From Epiperipatus broadwayi (Eukaryota; Animalia; Onychophora), in assembly GCA_028023455.1 (NCBI GenBank), contig JAQFVV010000011.1, positions 4,340,001 through 4,404,000 of the forward strand: DNA of 64,000 bases, given 5' to 3'. A model generated the notes under the pieces. The model had not been told where the DNA came from. It searched no databases and saw only the letters and a program-made list of their open reading frames with translations. Of the stretch, positions 38,445-51,869 are shown in pieces; within the stretch, counting starts at the first letter, position 1, and every line of letters starts with the position of its first letter. Made by a program: the position numbers and the translations under genes.

Positions 38445-39664
38445 AATCAAGTGATATTGTGTTTGTACTAACAAAATGATCATTTACAAAAAAATTTGTC
38501 TATCCAATATCAATTGTTTTACTATGTAATGGTATAACTATAAAATAGGGAGAAAGATGAATCGATTTTCATGAATTTAAAGATGCACTAACATATATGT
38601 TTACATATAATTTGCTATCTTAATAGTTATAAATGAATACTTTTGTATCAATAATAGCAAAATATTCATTTGAATGAATTTAATCTACATATATTATATT
38701 CATCACATTATAAAGTTTGCTTCCAGTTATTAATATGGTGAAATAAATTAATGATAACTGCCAATTTAAAGCTTTATGAAGCAACTACAAATTATGAAAA
38801 GAAATAAAGAATCTCTGCAAATTATATATTCAGCATGGCTAGAGATTTTAAAAAAATCATAAATTATTTTGTTAATAACAAAAAAATAAATAATTTAATT
38901 TTTTTAACATACATATATAAAAAAACAACAGCAGCTTTTCAATCTGATGTTATCTATCGCAAACATGAGCAATCAGAGAGAAAGGAATTGAAAGTGACCG
39001 CTAGTTGCAGATCTGGATAATTGTCAAGAGTTGAATCCTAAAACTCTTTGATAAAGGCAAAAGTCAGAAAGTGATCCGAAGATAGGGATTTAAATGTTTC
39101 ACACCAGGTTATTAGCGGTGACTTAAGCTTATAAAAGATGACACTAGAATAGAGAACTGCTCATTTTAAGAATATTTATTATTTAAAAAGTGTCAAGAAA
39201 TCATCAATGACAGGTATAAGCCGAATATTTTTAAATCATTTATATTATTAAGTGAAGTGATTAATTTAGCTAAGATTTTATAATCATAAAAGGTGGTTAG
39301 GAAGACCAAACAATCGTGCTATCCTTAGATCGTTTTTCTGTCTAAAGTATACTCAGAGAATAGAAGGCTGTATTGATGACGCTTGTGATTATCTTTGGTA
39401 GTGGGTTTTTCATTGTTAACACTAAATTCTGGAACTTTATATTTAGAGTTCTAGAGAACTCTCGATTGTTCTATCCAACTGCAACTTGGGAATCATAAAA
39501 TAGGAGCAATACAAATTAAAAATCATTTTGTAATTAGACTTAATAACTGATAAGGTTAAATGGTAGTGATTCAATCAAGCCTGCAATTAAAAAAAAAACT
39601 CTTACTAAGATTTGAATTAAAGAAGCCCAAAAAACGCTTTTATCAAATCTGAAGGTTTTGCAAA

Positions 39665-39772
39665 TTTTTTTTTTTTTCATGTCATAGCATCTGCCGGGAG
39701 GCGAACCCATAACAACTGTCCAGCAACCAACTGCTCACTTGCAAAGCACCTCTCGGCTAACAACGCTTGACA
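39665..39772 (-). mobile_element. Diverged copy 3 of the tRNA-derived SINE
   Basis: TGTCATAGCATCTGCCGGGAGGCGAACCC...ACCTCTCG aligns with copies 1 and 2, adjacent to a poly(T) run. Confidence 0.6.
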
Positions 39773-40429
39773 ATTAATATTTATAGTATTTGCATTATTT
39801 TGCTTCTCATTTGTACTGTTGAATAGGGAATCAAAATCATCCACTGACAGAATGCAAAAACAGGAACATGTATGGATGCCCCCTGCATTTATAAATCTGT
39901 TACTTTCTATTACATTATCCTTATTAATAATATTGCTATTGATATTTCAAAATTTCATTTAAAAGACTTAGCACATAATGATGAATTAACTTAAGTAATC
40001 ATTGGAAAATTAAATGTTACAATAAGGACTCTATCTAGTGGAAGAAAAAACTAATAATTTAAAGGTTTTTATATAAAATAAATAAATATATGAATAAAAT
40101 ATTATTTACTGCATTTTTTTTTTTTTAAAAAAAAAAAAAAAAGCATTGCAAATATGTAAATATATCAGATTTTGAATAATAATAAAGTAACTCCAAAAAA
40201 GAAATAAACATGTTCAATATATAAAATAATGTGAAAGAGTATATAAAAATATTCCCAGTATAAACAACTAAACATTAATCTGGTACGAGTTTAAAATACA
40301 TAAAAAAAGATTACAACATGCCAGATAAATGTAAATCAATTGTAAAGTAAATAAGTAAAACTCATCAACCAACAATTAGATAGAAAAGTAATTCCAGAAT
40401 ATAAACTGAGAAATGACTATGTAATATAC

Positions 40430-40513
40430 CTTTGGATATCAGCCTGAGGAATGTGTGCATACACTGACACCATATCCCAAGCATCTGCACTGTCCCAACC
40501 AACCTTTAGAAAC
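40430..40513 (-). CDS. LCMT1: LCMT1 coding exon
   Basis: attag|GTTTCTA...CAAAG|gtatat on -. Encodes (R)FLKVGWDSADAWDMVSVYAHIPQADIQ(R), phase 2/2. Confidence 0.92.
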
Positions 40514-41289
40514 CTAATACAGAATTAACATAGAAATATTTTATAATGTGAAATATTTTCGTGTTCTTCAATTTTAATTACATGTTATTAAAAAAATGTT
40601 TTATCTTTTTTTTTTGATTGTATTTTATAGACACCCAAAAATAATACTTTATTAAATATTTGCTTATGGTATAATTTTACACGTATATTATTTATGTGTT
40701 CTATAATTACTTACATATCTACAAAAGTAGATTAAAAAATCTGGAGAGATATCAATTTTTAATCGCCTTGCATAAAATAATTGACCAATCATTTTGCAGT
40801 ATGTATTCATTTCAGAAATCCAGCAGTTGCTTTAGAGTGATGCTCAGCTTGTATTCATACTGGAAAAATCAATAACCTGATGTGATTAAAGTTCCTAGTT
40901 AGATTTGTGCAACTATTCATAATTTATCAGTTTCTTCTGAATTGCTATTTGACCATTGTAGAGCGCTCTTTTTAATGATGAAAAATTTTCACTACACCTT
41001 TTATTTTGATTTAAGCTTAATTTATTTTTTATGTGTCGTTTACTTCTTTAATCTATTGATGCTACTGTTTCATCAAATTATTTTTGCTTTTATTAATTCA
41101 ATTTGTTTACTGAATTTTCTAAAATTGTTGCAATTCTCACTGAATGAAGAACCTGTTATCATAATAGATAAATTGTTGCAGGATTCAACCTAGTGTTATT
41201 AGGGAAAGCAATCTATCATTAAGTGATTAAAGGGATTCATACATTAACAACAAAGCCATCTTGTAAAATAAGAATGCACTTTATATATA

Positions 41290-41450
41290 CAAACAGTAAC
41301 AAAAATTTTTCCCACAGCAGTGCCATCCGGTGCAAGCTCCAGTAATCAACAAATGCTAGGTTGTGCATTATAAACCCTACCCAGCAACCTCCGTCCATTA
41401 TTGTGGGAAAAATTTTTGCTACTGTTAGCATAAATTAAGGCGATCATGTC
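41290..41450. mobile_element. Diverged family A-related fold-back fragment
   Basis: CAGCAGTGCCATCC..CAGTAATCAA..TTGTGCA and terminal GATCATGT resemble family A. Short arms ACAGTAACAAAAATTTTTCCCAC / GTGGGAAAAATTTTTGCTACTGT. Confidence 0.5.
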
Positions 41451-41936
41451 ATATTATATGGACATTTCACTTTTTATTTATATTTCTTCACACAGCTGTT
41501 AATGAATCAACATTCCAAATGAGGACAGTCAAAACAAATTCAATTTATTTGATATTTTCTCACTATAATCTGCACGTACAGCAGATGTAAATATAGCAAT
41601 GAAACTAATTATGAGAAACAATGGTAGAGAAGGCAAAAAAAAAGAATTTGACCACTGTGTTTGGAATATGTTTTTGCTTATTTCCTAAGACTTTATGTAC
41701 ACTACAATCTAATTGTAGATCAAAATTTCAAGATTTTAATGATTCAAAGCATTTTTTAAATTCAGATCCCTTCATAATAATCCTTGAAATGACTTAGACT
41801 ATGTTAAACAAAGTGTCCCCTTCCTTCCAAAAGCTTAGGAAAATATTTAGAACCATTAAAACCTAATCCACCATAATACTCCAGAGCTCTGAACATGACT
41901 TCCTCTTCTAAAGATAATTTTTACTTGAGTATCAAT

Positions 41937-42080
41937 AAGCTGTTGCACATGCGCTTTGCAGATTTTAACTATAAATGACTGAATACTAACACTTCAAACA
42001 CATGATAAAGTCTTTGGGAAAAGATTGAATGGCCATTCTATCTTTTCCCAAAGATCTGCAAAGCGCATGTGCAACAGCTT
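41937..42080. repeat. Nested inverted repeat
   Basis: Perfect 27-bp outer arms (41937-41963, 42054-42080) and an inner hairpin 42011-42054 (15-bp arms plus a GAATGGCCATTC palindrome). Confidence 0.9.
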
Positions 42081-42556
42081 AATGCTGTTTAACTATTACA
42101 GTTTATAAACATCACGCTACAGCACATGAAAAAAAAAAAGGAAAACGTTTTAGAAAAAAGTTAATTATGATATATCATAATAACATACTCAGTGGCAAGA
42201 GTGTAAGTATGCAATCTAATTGAATAAATAACATCAAAGTCTGTGGAACTAGACTGCTATAGCCTCAAAGATGCCAGTAAAGAAAAGAAAATATATTGTG
42301 TTGCAAAATTGTCAATGACTTGTTGATATTGTACATGCTATATGTCATCAAGCCGCTATAACTACAATTCAAGTCTCCAGGATGTGAGAAAAATAAATAT
42401 TACTCTCAAGTAAATTTATGAAAAGGACTATAAAGAAAAAAAAAAATCAACATACGAAGACCCATGATTTAGGACTTTAGATATATTGACTAGTAAGATA
42501 TTCACAATATTATTTTAAAAAGGCCTTGGACTTTAAAAAAACAATATATATTAGTC

Positions 42557-42830
42557 GTTGTGATATGTTATTATTGAAATCGCAGCTGGAATCGCTAGTA
42601 TAGATTTAAAACTGAAAAGATAATAACTGTTGTGATATGTTTAATTTTATACCTACAGTTGGAATCACTAGTACATATAATAAAACTGAAAACGTATTGT
42701 TGCGATGTTTCATTTTATATCTGCATTTGGAATGAGTATAGACTTAAAAACTGAAAATATATTAATTGTTGTGATGTGACATGTTTCATTTTATATCTAC
42801 ATTTGGGAATCATTAGTACCTAGATGAAAC
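42557..42830. repeat. Degenerate minisatellite, about 4 x 70 bp
   Basis: Units begin GTTG(T/C)GAT and contain TTGGAAT..TAGTA..AAAACTGAAAA. Confidence 0.8.
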
Positions 42831-44521
42831 CAACTTAGTATGTTTTTGTTTTGTTAATAAATTGTTAAATTATTGTTTAATCAATCCATTTGTTTGTTTA
42901 TAATTCCGTTAAAACATTATAATGTCAACACACATATGCTAGTTAGGAATCATCCACAACTATGAGACAACATGTGAACCACTGAAAAATATGCTGGGGT
43001 GTCACAATAATAATTGGTAATGATGAAGATCATTATTTCATTAATATTCTCAGTAAACTTTTTCTGTTGAGGTTAGGTGCCTGGAGTTTTTTTTTTTGAG
43101 AGAAACCTAAAACAAATAAAATAGTTAGGAATATTTGTTATTATAAATCCCAATCATCATCATCACAATGGTTAGTATTATTATGAATATTTTGTTTCTT
43201 TATTGGAATTTTATTCACCATTTAAATTATTTTATTAACAAAATTCAACTTATTATTGACAATATTTATATACACATCTAAAAGTTGTCATTATATATAT
43301 ATCATTTAGTATCTTATATATTGTGTATCATTGATTTTGGGTTCAAATCCATACTTTGGAAAAATTTACTTCATAATATATTGTTTTACATATAATTAAA
43401 AGAGCCTAAAAGTCATAATATGAGACTAATAAAAGTATTGTTTTATATTATCTTTCTAAATAAGAAAACATTTTTTTCAATAATCACGCGAGTTTTGATC
43501 TCTCCATAATAAAAAGATTTGCTATGATTATTAGAAAAGCATTCACAATCACATATGACATTAACATTTGCAATGTAAAAACTAACAAAAACATAGATAT
43601 GACTGACATTAATCAATAAATAAATGAATGCTGGAAAACTGATGTATTTCTAGACAATAATCTTTGCCCATGCATTCTAAACATGGCTGTTTGGGGGCAG
43701 TTTAGCTAATTGTGTGAGTAAACCATATATTCCTGGATCAATTTCAATTGAAAATATATGTTTGGATGAATGGAGACAGTGTGCTAACTGTACAAAAAAG
43801 TAAATAACTAAATAGCATGATTCTTTCAGAGGTAATCTTGAAATTTTAAAAAAATTGCAGATTTTTTTAAGAGCGTGTTTGGAAAATTTATTTCACTTCA
43901 GTAATTATAAAATTATTTATGCTTTAGCTCAAAGGACTGGATCCACTTTGACAGATTTGCTTTGTTAATGTGTTACTATCAAATTTCCCTGAGTCTTCAT
44001 CACACACATTCTTCTGAAAAATACCCCTATTAGTATACTTTTAATCCTAAGTTATAATATTTAACATTATGACTGAAAATTAATACATTTATCAGATGTC
44101 AACTAAAATAAGACTAATTAAACTCACAAAAGACAATTAGAGCATTAATATCATACCTGGCTGCCACTTTTCTATTTCATAAATCTTTATATATTTTTTT
44201 ACATGATGGAAAACCTTTCTGTGAGCAAATTGAAATTCAGGTGGCCACATTTTAAAATATACATATCGTTTGTAAAAATTCTGACACTATTTAAAAGATA
44301 TCCTTTCTTTTCTTTTTTAATATTTTTTCTAATATAAATAGCAATAATATTTAACACTCCTTTATGAATTTAATACAATGCAATATACAATATTTACCAA
44401 ATTCTCCCAAAAAATTAATATAAATATCACCATCTGAATTAAATAAATTTAAATGAATTTTTGGTATATAATTGATGTAATGCATGTATTCGAAAATATG
44501 TATAGATAATTTACATTGTAT

Positions 44522-45297
44522 GCATTACATATAAGAAAATTAATTTTCAAACCTGTACTGTTCATTTTAGTGTATAAATCTACGCACACCCACTTGCCAG
44601 TAAGAGTTTGAAAAACACAAGTGAATTGTGCTTAGATTTTATTCTTATATAAGCCAACCTTTATTGGCAGTGCTTAACTTAGGGACTGATAATATTCTAT
44701 GCCTGACATTTTAATTGACAACTGAATTGTACAAATTTTGTTAATTTTTCACAGGAGAAAGTGTCTTATTTTTAACCACCTGCGATTAAACAATATTAGT
44801 TTAAAATATGTAAAATTTAATAGTTTAGTGCTGCATTTATATGTAATTATGTAGAAGGAAATTAACCTTCAAACCTGCAGTGTTCGTTTTAATATATAAG
44901 TCTATGCACACTAAATAAACAGCACAGGTTTGAAATTAATTTCCTTCTATCGCTTAATCACAGTTGATTAAAAATGAGAAACTTTCTCCTGTGATATGTC
45001 AACAAAATTTGTATAATTCAGTTGTCAATTAAAATATCAGGCCCAGAATAGGATCAAGCCCTGAGTTAAGCAGGGTCAGTAAGGGTTGGCTTATATAAGT
45101 TCTAAACATAATTGACCTCACTTGTGTTTTATACACTAAAACGAACAGTGTAGGTTAGAAGATTAATTTCCTTCTACGTAATTACATTTATAAACAGCAC
45201 TAAAGTATTAATTTATACATATTGTATATTTACAATTTTCAAAAAGATTGTGGTGCAGACACATCTGTCAACCAGACTTGAAAATTTAATAAAGATA
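44522..45297. mobile_element. Family C fold-back element (no HHR found)
   Basis: Roughly 175-bp inverted arms (about 44617-44790 and 44954-45127) plus repeated roughly 50-bp modules. Candidate 11-bp TSD TTACATTGTAT (44511-44521, 45298-45308). Confidence 0.6.
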
Positions 45298-45429
45298 TTA
45301 CATTGTATTGAGTGCATAAAGAAATATTAACTATGATTGCCATTTATATTAGATATTGATATAAACAATTAAAATGTCACATGACTACATTTTCTTATGT
45401 TTACAAAACCTGTTAAAACAGTTATAGGA

Positions 45430-45515
45430 CTCCTCCCTGATGAAGGCCATAAACTAGAAACTAGTTTTTTGATACTGGATAGAAGGCACTGGATAGAGAT
45501 TAAAATGCACAACTT
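45430..45515 (+). mobile_element. Decayed family A fragment with HHR core
   Basis: CTGATGA (45437-45443)...GAAA-CTAG-TT, stems I and II disrupted. Downstream sequence aligns with the 11.8-kb copy. Confidence 0.65.
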
Positions 45516-46869
45516 TCCAACATTTACTGATTATTATAGCTTGCACTAGATGGAACTATTGTATTGAAAAATTAGATATTGATATATAAATTATATCAAA
45601 AACATTTTAACCTGTTTTTACTGTAGCCTCATAAAAATTTCTGCTATTTTAGACAATCAACTTTAATTTGTAGAAAAAGAAAAGAAAGAAAATCTTAGGA
45701 AAATATTTGAATAAACAATATAAATCAGTATTTTTTAACATTAAAAAATTAGTTTTTTAGTTTGAAGTAATTTTTTTTTTTTCAAAATATTGCTTTCTAA
45801 CTGGTAAAGCTTTAATTCTTATAAAACTGAATAATGTGGTTATATTGGATTTAAAAAAACCAACAACAAATAAACCTACTATTTAACACCTTCTAGAATT
45901 TAATTCCATATTTCACACTAAGTTTTAACAAGGTGCAAATAAAATTTAAATAAATTTAATAGAAAATACCCATGGAAAGAAAAATCTAAGAATACATTTT
46001 TTACTGAGATGTTTAAACATATATGTAGAGAGAGCATCAGTGTAGATGTATATGAACATATATCAATATTTATATATGCTCATACGTATATACAAATTTT
46101 ATTATAACAATTTTAATGAGCACGTAAATAATTTTGTAGGAACAATATAAATCTATTCATGTAACAAACAAGTCTGAATACGTTATTAAAATAATTCAAT
46201 TTTTATTTAGCACAATAGATTGCCATTGATACAACAAAAACTGGGCATTATTTACAAGTTCATTTAAATGATTCTTTATGAATCTCGCTTGCGAATTACT
46301 TTAGTAACATATTTAAACTTCTTTGTTCTGTGAATAGGTTTAAATTTTATTATTATTAAAAGCATATCCAAAAAAATTATATGGCAGATATTTGGGTGCA
46401 TGTATGTAATGATATATATCACTATTAATGTGTGTGTGTTCATATGGATAAACATGTGAATTTCATTAGGAATGAAAGTTATAAGCAACCTTTTTAGATT
46501 ATTATTTAACTAAAATACAAGATAGTATGTAATAGTAATTATCAATACTAGGCTAAAAGAACTGGTTTTAAGGAAATCCTCTTCAATAATTGCGTTAAAT
46601 TGATTACTAAGTACGAATCAAAATAGGTTTCAATCTTATTTATATGAAATGGCTGTTATTTGCTTAATTTCAAAGTGTATTATATTATTATAGTTCACAA
46701 TACAGTTTGGTTATCCCAACTTATTCCAAATTTGCAACTAACACAGTCTAGCCAAAGAAAATAAACTCTAAAATACAACCAATGGTTTCACTGCTACTAG
46801 CAGACTTGTCAAGTGTAATGGACTAAAAGATAACAATAAATTTACACTAAACATTATCCACAATTCCAC

Positions 46870-49700
46870 TTACATCACACACACCCTTAATATTAAAAGA
46901 ACTTTTAAATAATTTTATTGTTTCAGAATCATAAATTTTTGATAATAAAGATTTTTAAATTCTTTTTATTTCATTTCTTTCAAAGACCTTAGCCTCATCA
47001 AAACTAACAGTGTGGCTTTTATCATTTTCATGAATATATAAAGCTGAACTAAGATATTTATTTCTAACTCTACTTTTATGTATCTTTATTTTTTCATTTA
47101 AGCTTAAACTATTCTGACCTATATATACCTTTTTTCAAAAACAAGAACTAATATACACAACTCCAGAAATAGTTTTTCTATCAAAAATTTCCTTTGTATT
47201 ATTTAATAAATTATTTAAAGTAATACTCCCTTTTTCCAAACAATTTTCTTATTTCCAAACAAATTACTATTTTTACATACAGTTCTATAAAAAGACAAAA
47301 GGCAAAAAAATAAAATTATATTTTTCTTTATCCTTTACATTATTACAATTACTATTATTATTAAATAAAATATTTTTAACAAATTTATCAGAGTAGTCAA
47401 CACTCAAATAATCTTTATAAAACTGACCTTTTTGAAACAAAGCTACTTCATTAGAATTATTTAATCCCTTATTTCTATAACAATAATTTCTTAAAGCAGC
47501 TACTTTATAAGATACAGATTGATAGCTACCAAGTTTTCCTAAAAATAAGACACTTTCTTATATTAATTTTTGCTCCAAAACACATCTTAGGGCTTATTTT
47601 CAGAGGATGTCTTATTTGTTTCATGCACAAGTCTACATTTATTCAAATATTATTTCATTTAAATCTATTACTGTAAATCAAATGTTAAAGTAATTGAAGA
47701 ATTACGGGATACGCAGCAAAAAATTAAAGAAAATAAAATTCTGAAATCGTTTCTTTATTTCATATAAGTGTATTATTGTAAGCACATCTGTTATAACACA
47801 CGATGTATATAATAATGTTAGTAATTCCAAAACATAAGCTCTTCTGGTTAACTTTCGTTTTAAAAGAAAAAAAATCTAATGTATGTGACAATATAATAAA
47901 TATTTTCCCATCACCAAAAATTCAAGTGTGTTGTGTCTGCATTATGATTGGTTATTTGGCAGTCCTATGATAGGACGATCTTAGAACTTCTTTACATTGC
48001 CAGAGCGGCACTGCTGTGATTTTACTGAAACACATTTATGAGAGAGAAATAATATATGTACAGTATTTTCTTTCTCTTTATAACTAGAGATTATATTACA
48101 AACATCCTAAAAAATCATGCTAGGACTTATTTTCTGGTTAGGTCTTACTTTCGGAGAAACATGGTATTAGGTTTAATTATAAATCTTAACTCCTTACTCT
48201 CAATATAATGACTACATACCAAACAATTATTCTCTACATTTCTAATCACTAATAAATCAAAAAATTTTAATTTAACAAAATCTAATGCCCCTCCTTCTAC
48301 AATGTATTTTATAGAAGGATCAAAACATTTAAAATTATTTACCAACTCCTTCAATTTATCATTTTCAATTACAAACAAACAATCACCAACATAACTAACA
48401 AATAACTTTAAATATAAACAGCCCTTCTTAATAATAATTTCCTCATCCAAATAATTAATATAAACTGAGCAAATTAAAATAGAAATAATATAACCTATTG
48501 TCCACCCCTAATTTTATAAAAATTACCATTATAAGTAAAATACATAGAATCCTCCAATAATAAAAATGAATCTTTAATAACTTTAATGTTCTTCTTTGAC
48601 AAAAATCTATGTTTAATCAATACAGACATAAGAATGTCAATACTGCCTAATCTATTAACAGATTGATACATATTCTCAATATCCAAACTATCAAATACCC
48701 AATTACTGTTCACTTTAAAATTATTAATCTTATCAAAAATCTCAAAAGAAGAAACTGTGTAATGACCAAAATTAACAAATTGTTTTAAAAAATTATTCAA
48801 GAACTTAGAAATACCATCAACAATATTGCCTGTAAAATCAAAAATAAATCTTAAAGGAAACCCCTCTTTAAGAGTCTTAATATTCATAAACATCTTAGTT
48901 GATATGAAGTCATTAGGATACCATTTTAAATAATTTATTGAAAATTTTCAAATTTACCTTTTTTTTTTCATAATATCTATTAACCTCCTCCTTTTAATCA
49001 CACTATCAAGATCTTTTTCTAAAAACATATATTTATCATTATTTAATTCTTTATCTATTATCTCCTAAAACTTGTTTCCTTTCATAATGAACCTAACGAG
49101 CTTTGTCTTTACAAAAAATGATCAGCAATTAACCTATTATTAAGATGTTACCTAAGCAGGATTAACAATAAATTTTTCCCTTCATTTTTAAGCTTTTATT
49201 TAAAACCAACTGAATGCTAACTTTCTACTACTCAAATTACTAGATTCAATCGATGAAATTGTATCAAAAACTATTTTTCAAATGGAAATAAACAAAATTA
49301 GGAACTTTACCAAGAATTTCCAATTCGCTATCATTTAACTTAATATCAGAAAACAATTATCAACTTTATTAATAGAAACATTCTTCTCCCTATTACTAAA
49401 ATGAATTTTTTCCAAACTATTCTAATTTTCTTTCATACTTCCTACAATAGAATGTTGAACTATTTATTCTAAATTGCCTTATAAAAAAATTTAAAACAAT
49501 TTTTCCTCTTATCTAAATAATACCTATTCCTTTTATATTCATAAATAAATTTGTAAAATTTAATATAATTTTCTTTCAAAAAATTATTCAAAATAGACAT
49601 TTGTAAATTCAAAACTAAATTCCGATTTTTAAACAATTTTTTTATTATTCTTAATATTAAAAATACAACTCCTAAGAAAAACAATTAATTCCCTACATTT
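46870..49700 (-). mobile_element. Decayed near-full-length Penelope-like element (RT + GIY-YIG endonuclease)
   Basis: RT relics KEGFPLRF...SLDIENMY...YFTYNGNFY, YVGD (YVDD site), KLKFFDLLV and HPLKISPK. GIY-YIG relic SGVVYISSCF*KKVYIGQN...SALYIH...HTVSFDEAKV at about 46960-47165. Multiple stops and frameshifts. Confidence 0.88.
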
Positions 49701-49969
49701 TTTTAAGAAAATATATCTGCCATCTTAAAAATTCTATCCTATCACTTAATCTAGATAATTTTTTAATTCCCTAATAACATTCAATAAAAAATTATTAAAA
49801 ACTAAATTCTACAAATCCATAATAAAAAACAACAAATAAAAAATCCACATATAAATTTATAAACAAACAAAAAAAAAACCCCAAAGCATACCCATTTTTT
49901 TTACATTAATTTTATTATAGACCACAACCTTATATCAAACAATTAATACAAAACAAAAAAACTCAAATA

Positions 49970-51038
49970 CACCTGGGTCTCTTTTTACGCGGACTTCTTT
50001 AACACGATTTTGAAGTTACACGATTCGTGTTTCACCGGAAGTCGAACTCCGATAATGCGCTATTACTTTAAATAATAAATTTAGCACACTTACGTCATAT
50101 TGAAAGTAATAGCACATTATTGGAATTCGACTTTCATCTTAGTAATTTCAATATTTTCAGTGCTTTATAATAGTAAGATTTTATGCAATAATGAAATTAA
50201 AATCATGATTTCCACATTTTATGTATACACACATTAAATTTTACAAGATTATAATGTAAATTTGTTCAAACATTGTGCGTGTTAATTTTGCATTTTAAAT
50301 CACATTCTGTTTTTGCTTTTTAAAATAGAACGTAATCAATTATTAATCATTTAGTGTTCACAAGTTTATTTTTAAAAGGTCAGTAATAGCAGTGGGCACA
50401 ATTAAATTTGAAAATTAAAAATTAAAATCTGATTTTTAATTGTAATTAACAATTTAAAAATTACTTACGGTGACTTAAAATTAATGTGATGTAAAATGAA
50501 ATTTGATTTTTAAACGGAATTGAAAATTAAAGACAAAATAAGAAATTAATTTTTAGTTGTTAGTTTCATAAACAATAAAATCGTCTCAAAGATTAATTAC
50601 TAATTACGTTGTCACCAGAAAACCATTGACACAACATGAGTGTGAAGTTGGCACTATTGTTTACAAATGAACGTGTTTTTTGGCAAATAGCTATAATAAT
50701 TAAAACGTGTATAAAAAAATGTAAATTACTGTACTGTAAATTATGCATAAAAATATATTATTTTGAATAAAATTAAATATTATAGTTAAAAAAAGTTTGT
50801 CTTGTATCAATTTTTTTCAAATTTGAAATTTTTTATTAGTCATATTTTATTGCCTTATTTTTTTTTTTTTGCGCGAATTTTAAAGTAATTTTACATTGGT
50901 GCTTTGGTTTTAAACGAATTTTGAAAAATCACAGACCGCATTCCCCCTTTTCAATGTAAGTTACATCTATTTTTGCGCGATTTCGTTTGCACGTGTTTTC
51001 TGAGAAACCTATCTATCGCGTAAAACGAGACCCAGGTG
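49970..51038. mobile_element. pogo/Tc1-mariner-type MITE
   Basis: TIRs CACCTGGGTCTCTTTTTACGCG / CGCGTAAAACGAGACCCAGGTG (1 mismatch), TA on both sides, non-coding AT-rich interior. Confidence 0.85.
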
Positions 51039-51413
51039 TAATCCAATCAAAACAAAAGCAAATATATACCTAAATAAATGAACACTAACCAGCAATACTC
51101 CAACAACTAAAGTCTACATATATACCACTCATGCAACAAAAACAATATATATAAATAACTATATCTTATACATCTCAGTAAAATAATGAGCTAATAAAAA
51201 ATGATTAATTCATAATATTATAAGATAGAACTTTGTAATGCATAGATCAAGAACATGTCTGATTAAATACCAGTTGTTAAAGAATATAAAGATTCAAAAT
51301 TTATATTTAATCATAATAAATAAGGATGAAATAAAAATTTTCATCTGCAATTGTTAATGACTTTTAAATTCTACACATAAATAGAAATTTTTTTGCAGAC
51401 TAAAATTAACTCA

Positions 51414-51524
<111 letters not shown>

Positions 51525-51627
51525 CTAAAAAAAAGCTAGTCATTTAGAATCATAAATGAATTGCAAGTGTGTACTGGTAAAAAAAGAAAAAAACAAACTA
51601 TAAAATAATAATAATGGTTATGCTCAC

Positions 51628-51869
51628 TTGTTCATAGTTAAGAAAAAGAACTTCCGAAAAATTTTTTGCAATCCATTCAAGTAAATTATGTGAATGATTG
51701 TTTTCAATGTAAACTAAAACACATTCTGCAATAAAAACAGTAGGTAATGTTTTATCCAACTGACAAGACTTTAATTTTTTCTCTACTTCCTGAAGATGTC
51801 TTAAGTCTACACCAATAAGATGATAGCTAGGTGAATGTAAATCAAAATTATTGAAACTAATATCACCAT
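51628..51869 (-). CDS. LCMT1: Leucine carboxyl methyltransferase 1, internal coding exon (upstream exons not found in window)
   Basis: ttttag|ATGGTGAT...GAACAA|gtgagc on -. Encodes (D)GDISFNNFDLHSPSYHLIGVDLRHLQEVEKKLKSCQLDKTLPTVFIAECVLVYIENNHSHNLLEWIAKNFSEVLFLNYEQ, containing the LCMT1 motifs IGxDLR, AECVLVY and NYEQ. Confidence 0.95.

Noticed and set aside
42557-42830. Regularly spaced repeats resembling a CRISPR array
   Set aside because: Eukaryotic intron, whole units are homologous (no unique spacers), and there are no cas genes. It is a minisatellite.
43685-43750. Degenerate A/B-box-like sequence as another tRNA SINE
   Set aside because: No stems, tail, TSD or second copy in the window.
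46556-46587. Hammerhead downstream of the 47-kb Penelope
   Set aside because: Needs at least two core changes and has only a 2-3 bp stem II, so it is not distinguishable from chance. Mentioned only as a trace.
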